Source: Candidatus Woesearchaeota archaeon
GTDB lineage: Archaea; Nanobdellota; Nanobdellia; Pacearchaeales; GW2011-AR1
Assembly: GCA_964622565.1 (NCBI GenBank)
Contig: CAZUQL010000001.1
Location: 1-41,132 of the forward strand
Reading direction: 5' to 3'
DNA: 41,132 nucleotides
Part shown: one piece after another, positions 25,731 to 34,152 of the stretch
Layout: the number at the start of each line of letters is the position of its first letter
Numbering within the stretch: position 1 is the first letter of the stretch
Notes under the pieces: model-generated
Told to the model about the DNA's origin: nothing
Database searches by the model: none
Seen by the model: only the letters and a program-made list of their open reading frames with translations
Made by a program: the position numbers and the translations under genes

Positions 25731-26078
25731 TTACAACATAACTTTAATTCTTATTCCTAAAACCCCAAACTTTCTTTCGTCTTCAGGAGAATAAATTTCA
25801 TAACATTCTTCCACAAATCTGTCCTTCTCATAATTATCTGGATAACCAAAATCTTCCATTGGAATGCTCTCGGCTAAATCTGGGAAAGATTTGTATTTTA
25901 AGAGTTCTAAAACCTGCACAGAAATTTGCTCTTCTAAATTTGGAAGTTTTAAAAAAGTAATTAAATCTCCAACAAGAATTCTTTGTCGTTTCTCATCGAA
26001 TAATCTTACTTCAATGGTTTTTCTACCTGATTTAACCCTTTCAAATTCTTCATTATACAATTTCATTAAATGTTCCAT
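25731..26078 (-). CDS. ASCH domain protein
   Basis: FERVKSGRKTIEVRLFDEKRQRILVGDLITF matches the ASCH (ASC-1 homology, PUA-like) N-terminal signature. ~115 aa single-domain size. Confidence 0.7.
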   Translation of the reverse strand: MEHLMKLYNEEFERVKSGRKTIEVRLFDEKRQRILVGDLITFLKLPNLEEQISVQVLELLKYKSFPDLAESIPMEDFGYPDNYEKDRFVEECYEIYSPEDERKFGVLGIRIKVML

Positions 26079-26085
26079 TTTTCAA

Positions 26086-26499
26086 TCACACATCTAAAAC
26101 AACCTGACAAATCCATTGATAATTTTCTTGTTTAACAAACATCTCGTTGTAAGTTATTGCTTTCACAGAATTAGAAAAGTTATAATCTGAAGCCTTGTCC
26201 CCAAGAAAAATGCAGTCTAATTCGAAGGGGTTTGAGTTAATTTTTAAATTTTTAACTTCAGATACTAAAAAATCCTCTGCATCTAAAAGATAAAGAACTT
26301 CTTCTAAAAAAGTATAAAATAAACTTTCAAAATCTGAAGCTTTAATTCGGATTATTTTTTCTTTTTTGGAATTTATTTTTGTTTCTGGAGCAATTGTTGA
26401 AACCAAGGCTAAGGCAGAGTTTTCAAATGCTTGTTCAGGAGTTTCTCCAAATGACTGAAACTTCACATCTGCAGTGTGTTTTAAAAATTGGAATCTCAT
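26086..26499 (-). CDS. Archease (RtcB activator)
   Basis: MRFQFLKHTADVKFQSFGETPEQAFENSALAL is the archease N-terminal signature (F....HTAD.....G). C-terminus KAITYNEMFVKQ. Confidence 0.85.
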   Translation of the reverse strand: MRFQFLKHTADVKFQSFGETPEQAFENSALALVSTIAPETKINSKKEKIIRIKASDFESLFYTFLEEVLYLLDAEDFLVSEVKNLKINSNPFELDCIFLGDKASDYNFSNSVKAITYNEMFVKQENYQWICQVVLDV

Positions 26500-26547
26500 T
26501 GAATACTAAACAATAAAATATTTAAATAACTAACTCTCCCTAAATCT

Positions 26548-26928
26548 ATGAAAAAGTTGGTGATAAATTTCTCAGACAGAACATTCTATACTCTAATTGT
26601 TTTAGTGACAATTGTTTTAGTTGGAGGAGTGATTGCATATAATTCAGGAGATCCGACGATAAACGGGCATTCTGCTGATGAAATAAGTGGGACTCTTGGA
26701 ACTTTAACGTGTACAATGGTGAGTTCGCTTTACTCTGGGGGGGGATCTGTCTCTTTAACTGCAACTTGCCCGCAAGGATTTCTTGCAACAGGAGGGAGTT
26801 GTTATCTGGGATATGACGCCCCGAGTGGGTGGAATTGTAAACCCTCTGAAACTAGCCAGGCATGGTCATGTAGTTCAAGCTCTGGAAAGTGCTCACAGGT
26901 TTATGTTAAATGTTGTAAACTAGAATAA
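26548..26928 (+). CDS. Small membrane-anchored or secreted Cys-rich protein
   Basis: N-terminal hydrophobic segment (TFYTLIVLVTIVLVGGVIAY), then a GHSADEI motif and eight Cys in the last ~70 aa (TC..., ATC, GSC, WNC, WSC, GKC, KCC). TATA TTTAAATA at 26521-26528. Confidence 0.6.
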   Translation: MKKLVINFSDRTFYTLIVLVTIVLVGGVIAYNSGDPTINGHSADEISGTLGTLTCTMVSSLYSGGGSVSLTATCPQGFLATGGSCYLGYDAPSGWNCKPSETSQAWSCSSSSGKCSQVYVKCCKLE

Positions 26929-26929
26929 A

Positions 26930-28348
26930 TTAACCTTTAATCACAATCAGGGGTTTTAATTTTGCAACTTTTTTTGCAATTCCCCGTTCATGGCTAATCT
27001 TTACAACTTCTTCAATATCTTTGTAAACTTGCGGTGCTTCTTCTGCTAATGATTTTATATTTCCTGATTTAACTTGAATGTTTTGGTTATTTAATTCTTT
27101 TTTAATTTGTTCTCCTTTTAAATTTCTTAATGCTTCTCCTCTGCTTAAGATTCTTCCTGCTCCGTGTGCTGTGCTTGAAAAAGAAATTTCTTCTGATTTA
27201 TCAGTTCCAACTAAAATGTAACTTGAAGTTCCCATACTTCCAGGGAGAATTACTGGCTGTCCAACTTTTTGATAAATTTTTGGAATTTCTTTTCTATTTT
27301 TCCCAAACGCCCTTGTTGCCCCTTTTCTCATAATTAAAATTTCTTTTTCTTTTCCATTGATTTTATGGTTTTCAAATTTTGCAATGTTATGGGCAACATC
27401 GTATAGAGTTGTAACCTTTATCTTTGGAAAAATATACTGCATTTCTTCTCGAATCCAGTGAGAGATTAGTTGCCGATTTGCAAAACCAAAATTTGCTGCA
27501 CAGGCCATGGCTCCAAAATAATCTTTTCCTAACTGAGAGTTTATTGGAGCATTAATTAATTCTCTATCTGATAGATTTTTTATTCCAAATTCTTTTTCCA
27601 TTTTTTGAATATAATCTGAAGCAACTTGATGGCCTAATCCTCGAGAACCACAGTGAACCATTATAAGAACTTGATTTTTTTTAATTCCAAAAACTTCTGC
27701 TACTTTTTTATCAAAAATTTCATCTACATATTGAAACTCTAAAAAATGATTTCCTGCTCCGAGGGTTCCTAACTGCCCAATTCCTCTTTTGATTGCTCGC
27801 TCTGAAACTTTTTTTGGATTTGCATTTTTTAAACAACCTTCTTCTTCAGTTAAAAGATAATCTTCTGGAATTCCAAATCCTTTTTCAACAATATATTTTG
27901 CACCTTGGATTAAAAGTTTATCTAATTCATTTTTTGTGATTTGGAATCTGCTTCCTCTTCCTACTCCCGAAGGAATCTTTCTAAAAATCGACTCCATTAC
28001 TTGCGTTTGGTTTTTTAAGATTTGATTTTTTGAAAGATTTGTTTTTAGAACCTTAACCCCACAATTAATATCATAACCCACTCCCCCTGGAGAGATTACT
28101 CCTGATTTTTTATCAAACCCTGCAACTCCCCCGATTGGAAATCCGTAGCCTTGATGGGCGTCGGGCATTGCAAAAGCAAATTTTAAAATTCCAGGAAGTT
28201 TTGCAACATTTTTTATCTGCTCGATGGTTTTATCTTTTTGAATGGCTTTGAAAATTTTCTCACTAGCAAATATTTTCGCAGGAACATTCATACTATCTTG
28301 CCTGGGTATTTCATATTCAAATTTAGAAACTTTCCTAATCGATTTCAT
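26930..28348 (-). CDS. rtcB: RNA-splicing ligase RtcB
   Basis: MPDAHQGYGFPIGGV, GGVGYDINCGV, GAGNHFLE, HCGSRGLGHQV and STAHGAGR are the conserved RtcB metal/GMP-His motifs. No intein. Confidence 0.92.
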   Translation of the reverse strand: MKSIRKVSKFEYEIPRQDSMNVPAKIFASEKIFKAIQKDKTIEQIKNVAKLPGILKFAFAMPDAHQGYGFPIGGVAGFDKKSGVISPGGVGYDINCGVKVLKTNLSKNQILKNQTQVMESIFRKIPSGVGRGSRFQITKNELDKLLIQGAKYIVEKGFGIPEDYLLTEEEGCLKNANPKKVSERAIKRGIGQLGTLGAGNHFLEFQYVDEIFDKKVAEVFGIKKNQVLIMVHCGSRGLGHQVASDYIQKMEKEFGIKNLSDRELINAPINSQLGKDYFGAMACAANFGFANRQLISHWIREEMQYIFPKIKVTTLYDVAHNIAKFENHKINGKEKEILIMRKGATRAFGKNRKEIPKIYQKVGQPVILPGSMGTSSYILVGTDKSEEISFSSTAHGAGRILSRGEALRNLKGEQIKKELNNQNIQVKSGNIKSLAEEAPQVYKDIEEVVKISHERGIAKKVAKLKPLIVIKG

Positions 28349-28422
28349 GATTAATAGAGATAAAAAGAATTAATAAAAGTTGGGGTAGAAAGATTATAAA
28401 ACCCTTTTTGCTTTTTTAGACT

Positions 28423-29652
28423 ATGAAAGATTTGAAGGAAAAGGCAAGAGCTTATGCGTTAAAAAATGCACTTACACACCAGGGGAAGGCACAACAAGGG
28501 GCAGTTATTTCTGGTTTGTTTGCAGAAGGACTAAAACCCGCAGATATGAAAAAGTATGGAAAAGATATTTCTAAAATTGTTAAGGAGATTAATTCTCTTT
28601 CACTTGAAAAACAAGAAGAGGAATTTAAAAAACACGAGGGGGAGATTTCAAAACGAGAAGTGCGAGAAGGACTACCTGAACTGCCAGAAGTAAATAAAAA
28701 AACAGGAGTGATAACTCGATTTGCTCCAGCACCTTCTGGTCAATTACACATTGGACATTTTATCTCAAATGTTTTACCTTTTTTGTTTGTTAAAAAATAC
28801 GGAGGAAAATTTTATGTTAGGATTGAAGACACAAATCCAGAAAAAATTGATCCTAAAGCTTATGAGGGAATTAAAGATGACTGCGAATGGGTTTATAAGG
28901 GCGAAGTGAAAGAATATATAATTCAGTCAGATAGGATAGAAATTTATTATAAATATGCAAAAAAGTTAATCGAGTCTAATCATGCGTATATCTGTACTTG
29001 TAAACCAGAAAAATTTAGGGAATATGTAAACTTAAAAGAAAATTGCCCTTGTCGAAATAATGATAAAAAAGAAAATTTAATGAGGTGGGAAATGATGTTG
29101 GGAAATACTAAAGAAATTTATGGGGCTGGAGAAGCAGTATTGAGGTTTAAGACACCGAAAAAGTTTAGTGGAATGGAAAATCCAAATCCTGCTATGAGGG
29201 ACTTTCCTCTTGCTAGGATTAATTTAACCAAACATCCACGACAAGGAAAAAAATATAGGGTTTGGCCATTGATGCATCTTGCAGTTCCGGTTGATGATAT
29301 GGAGTATAAAATGACCCATATTATTAGAGGAAAAGACCATCGAGATAATGCTGAAAGACAAAAGATGATATTTGAAATTTTTGAAAAAAAATACCCTTGG
29401 ACTTTCTTTATGGGACGGATTAAGTTTAAGGACTTAAATCTTGGAAAAAGATTTATCAAAGCGGCGATTGAAGCAGGAGAGTATTCTGGATGGGATGATG
29501 AGAGATTGCCGACAATAAAGTCTTTAAGAAAAAGGGGGTATAAACCCGAATCGTTTTGGAAGCTTGCAGAACATAGGGGTTTAACAGAGGTGGATAAAGT
29601 AATGGCGAGTAAAGACTTGCTAGAATTATTAGACAAATTTAATAAGGAATAG
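28423..29652 (+). CDS. gltX: Glutamate--tRNA ligase, archaeal type, catalytic core only (C-terminal anticodon-binding domains absent)
   Basis: Archaeal N-terminal helical domain (AYALKNALTHQGKAQQGAVISGLF), HIGH motif (RFAPAPSGQLHIGH), RIEDTNPEK, HIIRGKDH and GEYSGWDDERLPT. The ORF stops at ...LLELLDKFNKE, roughly where archaeal GluRS normally enters its beta-barrel domains. Confidence 0.85.
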   Translation: MKDLKEKARAYALKNALTHQGKAQQGAVISGLFAEGLKPADMKKYGKDISKIVKEINSLSLEKQEEEFKKHEGEISKREVREGLPELPEVNKKTGVITRFAPAPSGQLHIGHFISNVLPFLFVKKYGGKFYVRIEDTNPEKIDPKAYEGIKDDCEWVYKGEVKEYIIQSDRIEIYYKYAKKLIESNHAYICTCKPEKFREYVNLKENCPCRNNDKKENLMRWEMMLGNTKEIYGAGEAVLRFKTPKKFSGMENPNPAMRDFPLARINLTKHPRQGKKYRVWPLMHLAVPVDDMEYKMTHIIRGKDHRDNAERQKMIFEIFEKKYPWTFFMGRIKFKDLNLGKRFIKAAIEAGEYSGWDDERLPTIKSLRKRGYKPESFWKLAEHRGLTEVDKVMASKDLLELLDKFNKE

Positions 29653-29716
29653 CAAAACCTTTTTATAGAGGTATTTCTTCTACAGATTATAAACTTATTA
29701 ATGAAAGGAGGTTAAG

Positions 29717-30169
29717 ATGAAAAATACTCGTGGTTTGTCTACAGTTGTTACAACACTGATAATTGTGTTGCTTGTACTTGTTGCTTTAACAATTGTTTGG
29801 ACTGTTATAAGAAATATTGTAGAGGACAGTGCAGCACAAACAGATATCAAAGCAAAATGTTTAACAGTAGATGTAAGGGTTACTAATGCTGTCTGTGATG
29901 AAGAAGGAATTTGTGATGTGACTATTGCTCGAGGTGCTGGAACAGGAGATAACGACCTTGGTGGGGTTTATCTAAAGTTTAGTGAAGGTACTGAAACAAA
30001 TGTTGTTGAACAAATAGGAAACATCGATAGATTAGATTCACAAACATACGAAGCTGTTGACTCAATGTTAATTCCAGACAAAGTGGAAGCATTTGCATAT
30101 TTTGTAGATGATTCTGGAAATGCGCAGCCTTGTGATGCTGGAGACTCATTCACTATTGAAACAGCCTAA
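29717..30169 (+). CDS. Archaeal type IV pilin, stand-alone and Shine-Dalgarno-led (major pilin candidate)
   Basis: MKNTRGLSTVVTTLIIVLLVLVALTIVWTVI (RG|LS class III signal). AAGGAGGT at 29705-29712 lies 4 nt before the ATG. TATA-like CCTTTTTATAGAGG at about 29659-29672. Confidence 0.8.
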   Translation: MKNTRGLSTVVTTLIIVLLVLVALTIVWTVIRNIVEDSAAQTDIKAKCLTVDVRVTNAVCDEEGICDVTIARGAGTGDNDLGGVYLKFSEGTETNVVEQIGNIDRLDSQTYEAVDSMLIPDKVEAFAYFVDDSGNAQPCDAGDSFTIETA

Positions 30170-30180
30170 AAAAATTTATT

Positions 30181-31386
30181 TTAATTTTTATTTATTTTGT
30201 AAACTTGGTCATTTTTTCGAACAAGGGGAATCTTAATTCCTACTTCTTGGCCTTTGTTTGCGTTTTTTATTTCTTTATATTTTTCTTGAAGAGAGTTTAT
30301 TTTGTAATTTAAAATTCCTGTTTTATTCCCAATTACTACAATTTCGTCCCCTAAACTAATTTTTGAGGAAAGTTTTAATGTAGCGACGTTAATCTTTTTA
30401 TAATAATTAGTAATCTTTCCAACAAAATGTTTTTTTTCTTTTGATGCAGAGTGCTCTACTCTTGCAAAATCATCGGGGGTTGGAAGTCCTAAATAAAATC
30501 CAGAGGAAAATTCTCTATTGTAAACTTTTGCTAGGTCTTCAACTAATTGGTTAGTTTCTTTTTTTGAAAGTTTTTTATCTAAGGCTTTTCTATAAGCCCG
30601 GACAACAACATCCACGTATCTTGGGTCTCTATTTCTTCCTTCAATTTTAAAACATTTTATTCCTACGGATTTTAGTTTTTCAATAAATGGAAGAGTGCAC
30701 AAATCTTTTGCAGAGAGAACCTTGTTGTTTTCTAATTCTAGTTCATAACCTTCTTGTTGGTCTTTTATTTTATAGGAAGAGTAAGACCTTCTACATGGAT
30801 GGAGACATTGTCCTCGATTTGCAGATTTATTGAACAAAAATTGCGAAGTAAAGCATCTTCCAGAAATTGCGACGCACATTGCTCCGTGACAGAAACATTC
30901 TATTTCTAAGTTTTTTATTTTAGATATTTCTTTGATTTGTTTTAAATCTAATTCTCGTGCAAGAACAATTCTCTTTGCTCCAAGTTTTTTAAAAAATTTC
31001 GCTGATTCTGAATTTGAAACTGAAGCTTGAGTGGAAATAAAAAAAGGAATCTTGTATTTTTTACATAATGAGATTATTGAGAAATCCCAACAGATTATTG
31101 CATCAATTGACTTTGATTTTTTTACTTTTTGAAGGATTTTTTCTACGTTGGGAATTTCGTGGTCATAGATAATTGTATTCAGAGTTAAGTAAATTTTTGG
31201 TTTATTGAGATAAGAGGATTTTATTTTTTGAAGTTTAGTTAAATCATTTAAAGAAAAATTTTTAGCTCCTGCTCGCATTGAGAATTCTTTTAATCCAATG
31301 TAAACTGCGTCAGCTCCTGTATTTAAAGCAGTTACCAAGGTTGCGAAATCTCCTGCAGGTGCGAGAAGTTCATATTCTGATTTCAT
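30181..31386 (-). CDS. Peptidase U32 family protein (RlhA/TrhP-like RNA hydroxylation family)
   Basis: ELLAPAGDFATLVTALNTGADAVYIG start and the conserved E..CHGAMCVAISGRC motif. ~400 aa. Confidence 0.85.
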   Translation of the reverse strand: MKSEYELLAPAGDFATLVTALNTGADAVYIGLKEFSMRAGAKNFSLNDLTKLQKIKSSYLNKPKIYLTLNTIIYDHEIPNVEKILQKVKKSKSIDAIICWDFSIISLCKKYKIPFFISTQASVSNSESAKFFKKLGAKRIVLARELDLKQIKEISKIKNLEIECFCHGAMCVAISGRCFTSQFLFNKSANRGQCLHPCRRSYSSYKIKDQQEGYELELENNKVLSAKDLCTLPFIEKLKSVGIKCFKIEGRNRDPRYVDVVVRAYRKALDKKLSKKETNQLVEDLAKVYNREFSSGFYLGLPTPDDFARVEHSASKEKKHFVGKITNYYKKINVATLKLSSKISLGDEIVVIGNKTGILNYKINSLQEKYKEIKNANKGQEVGIKIPLVRKNDQVYKINKN

Positions 31387-31488
31387 AGAATTTAGAAAAC
31401 TTGAATATATTTAAATCTTTTCAGAGATGTGACTACTTAATAGTTACTAAATAGAAAGGTTTAAAAGGGAATTTTGGATGGATAATCA

Positions 31489-31902
31489 ATGAAAAGAGAA
31501 GAATTATTTGAAAGATTAACTGAAGAGTTTATTCAATTCGAAGAAAATCAAGGTAAAGGATATTTTAAAGAATGTACTGTGTGTGGAGAACGATATCAAA
31601 GTGTTAGAGATTTTTTTGAGAGAACCAGTCGTTGTTCAAGTGGTAACAGAGTATTAGAAGACTTAGGAAGTACTCGAATAATGGTGTTTCATGGAGATTG
31701 TAATGGAACTCGGGGAGATGGAACTTCGTGCGGAAGCACACTGGGTGTTTTTTCTAAATTAAGTTCAGGAGAGTCAAAATATATCATTGATCTTGCAAAA
31801 AGTCAGGGAGTTGACATAGAAGATAGAGATAAACGGAGAGATTTTTTTGAAGGTTTATTAATGGAATATCGGTTGCACTTACATGGAAAAGATTCAGCTT
31901 AA
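31489..31902 (+). CDS. Hypothetical 137-aa protein with scattered Cys (orphan, Arg-rich)
   Basis: TATA TTTAAAA at 31460-31466 is centred about 26 nt before the ATG. CTVCGE...C...C...C may bind metal. The stop overlaps the infB stop by 4 nt (convergent). Confidence 0.5.
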   Translation: MKREELFERLTEEFIQFEENQGKGYFKECTVCGERYQSVRDFFERTSRCSSGNRVLEDLGSTRIMVFHGDCNGTRGDGTSCGSTLGVFSKLSSGESKYIIDLAKSQGVDIEDRDKRRDFFEGLLMEYRLHLHGKDSA

Positions 31903-33656
31903 GCTCCCCATGTTTCGTCAGATTTTCTTTTGATTTCTGCAATCTCTTGAAGAGTTTTTATTTCGTCTTGAGAAAGTAAGTCTTTATTTTGTTTAAATTT
32001 TCTGAATTGGTTTGGAGAAATTTCTGAATAAAGAAAATTTGTTTCCTTTAATTGTCTATCAAAATTTATTCCTGGAATTGAAATTGCAACTTCCATATCT
32101 TTAGAAGCTTGTTCAACTGATTTTTTTTCGGATTGAATATTTTTGATTCTTCCCACTTTCTCATTTGAAGAGTTAATTAAATTTTGATTTGAATGAATTT
32201 TTCCTGATTCAACTTTTACTCCGAAAACTGCGGGGTTTGAGTTCCGGAAAACATATTGATGGAGTATTTTTAATTTTGAGATTTGGGCAAGTTGCATTAA
32301 CCTTGCCTTTTCAATTTCCTGAGATTTTTTCTTTCGCCACTCTACTAAATTTTCAATTAATTTGTAAATAACTTCGTCTAGTAAATAAGGAATTTTTTCT
32401 TCCTTGGAAAGGAGTTTTGCGTCGTCTTCAATTTCAGTATTAAATCCTACTACGATGGAATTTATTTCACTTAACTTTAAGTTTGCTTTTGCAGAAATTA
32501 TATCTGTCTTTTTAATATTCCCTATTCCTGCTTTGACAACTGGAATGTTATTTTGTTTAAGTAAAACTAGCAAGGCTTCTAAACTTCCCAATGAATCTGC
32601 TTTTGCAATTATTCCTTGTGGTTGGGTCTTAATGTTTTCAGATATTTGTTTTTTGAATTTTTCTTTTAATTCATTTAGGTTATTTTTGAATATTTCAAAT
32701 GGCATTCCCGGAAGAATCTCTTCTTTATTAATTAACTGAAGTCTCAAACCTGTTGAGGCTTGAACTTTTTCTTTTGAAGAAAATTTTGAACAAAGTGGTT
32801 GAATTTCTTCGAGAACTCGAATTTTTGAGATTAATGGATTTTCAGAAGTAAAATCTGCTATTGCAATTTCTTGAGATCTGTCTAAAACTCCGTCGTATAA
32901 AATTGCCTCTGCATAATTAATACCTTTTTCTTTTTTAACTTCCAAAATAACACCCTTAGCTTCTGAATTTAGTTTTAATCTTTCAGAAAGATATCTTTGA
33001 CTTAATCCACATAAAACCATGATGAGTTCGGAGATTCCTTGTTTTGTCCTTGCTGAACATGGAACAAGAGCTACTTTTTTTGAGAAATCATTGATATTAT
33101 AAAAAAGATCTGCATCAAATCCATAGGAATTTAGGGCACCAATTAAGGTTAGGTATTTTTCATCAAAAGATTGTTTTATATTCTGGGCTTGAGAATCAAT
33201 TGAATTTTTTAGGGGAGTGTTTTTTTCAGGGGTTCTCCAACCAGAGATGTTATCGATTTTATTTAATGCAATTACAAAGGGTGTTTTGTTTAGTTTTAGA
33301 ATTTGGATTACTTCTGCAGTTTGAGGTTTGATTCCTTCGTTAATATCGATTACTAAAACTGCAAGGTCTGCTAAACTTCCTCCTCGTTTTCGAAGATTAG
33401 TAAATGCTGCGTGGCCAGGCGTATCAATAAATAAAAATCCAGGGATATTTAGTTTAATTCCAGATTGTTCAATTAATGGACAAGAAGATTTTAAATTTTC
33501 AACAGGATAGAGTGTGAAAGATATTTTTTGGGTTATACCCCCTGCTTCACCTTCTTGAACACAGCTCTGTCTAATACAATCTAGCACAGATGTTTTTCCG
33601 TGGTCTACATGCCCGCAAACAGTTACAATTGGTTGACGAATTTGTGGAGTTTTCAT
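31899..33656 (-). CDS. infB: Translation initiation factor aIF5B (IF-2 family GTPase)
   Basis: G1 VCGHVDHGKTSVLD, G3 DTPGH, G4 NKID, and aIF5B domain order. 585 aa with no intein. Confidence 0.92.
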   Translation of the reverse strand: MKTPQIRQPIVTVCGHVDHGKTSVLDCIRQSCVQEGEAGGITQKISFTLYPVENLKSSCPLIEQSGIKLNIPGFLFIDTPGHAAFTNLRKRGGSLADLAVLVIDINEGIKPQTAEVIQILKLNKTPFVIALNKIDNISGWRTPEKNTPLKNSIDSQAQNIKQSFDEKYLTLIGALNSYGFDADLFYNINDFSKKVALVPCSARTKQGISELIMVLCGLSQRYLSERLKLNSEAKGVILEVKKEKGINYAEAILYDGVLDRSQEIAIADFTSENPLISKIRVLEEIQPLCSKFSSKEKVQASTGLRLQLINKEEILPGMPFEIFKNNLNELKEKFKKQISENIKTQPQGIIAKADSLGSLEALLVLLKQNNIPVVKAGIGNIKKTDIISAKANLKLSEINSIVVGFNTEIEDDAKLLSKEEKIPYLLDEVIYKLIENLVEWRKKKSQEIEKARLMQLAQISKLKILHQYVFRNSNPAVFGVKVESGKIHSNQNLINSSNEKVGRIKNIQSEKKSVEQASKDMEVAISIPGINFDRQLKETNFLYSEISPNQFRKFKQNKDLLSQDEIKTLQEIAEIKRKSDETWGA

Positions 33657-33855
33657 ATTAATGAATAAATGAAGGAAGTTAAAAACTTTTGCTTAGAAAG
33701 ATTTGATCTTCCTTGGGTAGATCAAGAAACCTTTGAAAGAGCTCTAACTGAAACAAGAGTTAATGCTTCTGGGGAGCCTCCAAAGTACGATTCTCGAAGA
33801 GTTCAGTTAGACTAATTTTAAGAAGTATTTTTAAAGTTTCAGATTAAATAGTTCT

Positions 33856-34152
33856 ATGGAATATTCATTAGAAGCCTTAGAAAAAAGATATAATTTAGAA
33901 CTTGAGAAAGTTATTGTATCAATAAAAAGGCAAAAAGCAAAATTAGTATTACTACAATTCCCAGAGGGATTAAAGCCATATGCAACTGCTATTGTTGATG
34001 AATTAAGAAAGAAAACTGATTCTGAATTTTTGATTTGGGTTGGTAGTTGTTTCGGAGCATGTGATTTGCCGGTGGGCTTGGAAAAAATTAAACCTCAAAT
34101 TGATCTAGTTATTCAGTTTGGGCATAATGAAATGGTGCCTAGTTTTAAATGA
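33856..34152 (+). CDS. dph2: Dph2 (diphthamide synthesis, 3-amino-3-carboxypropyl transferase) N-terminal fragment only
   Basis: YNLELEKVIVSIKRQKAKLVLLQFPEGLKPYA...GSCFGACDLP...DLVIQFGHNEM aligns with the first ~100 residues of archaeal Dph2 (KRVLIQSPEGL...YGACD...LIHLGHS). The ORF stops at 98 aa, versus about 330-340 aa normally. TATA at 33828-33835. Confidence 0.6.
   Translation: MEYSLEALEKRYNLELEKVIVSIKRQKAKLVLLQFPEGLKPYATAIVDELRKKTDSEFLIWVGSCFGACDLPVGLEKIKPQIDLVIQFGHNEMVPSFK

Noticed and set aside
33669-33815. 48-aa ORF (MKEVKNFCLERFDLPWVDQETFERALTETRVNASGEPPKYDSRRVQLD) in the infB/dph2 intergenic region.
   Set aside because: The protein looks plausible, but the position 26 nt upstream of its ATG lies inside infB coding sequence and has no TATA. 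There is no SD, and the ORF is spanned by two perfect inverted repeats. I treat the region as regulatory or RNA, not coding.
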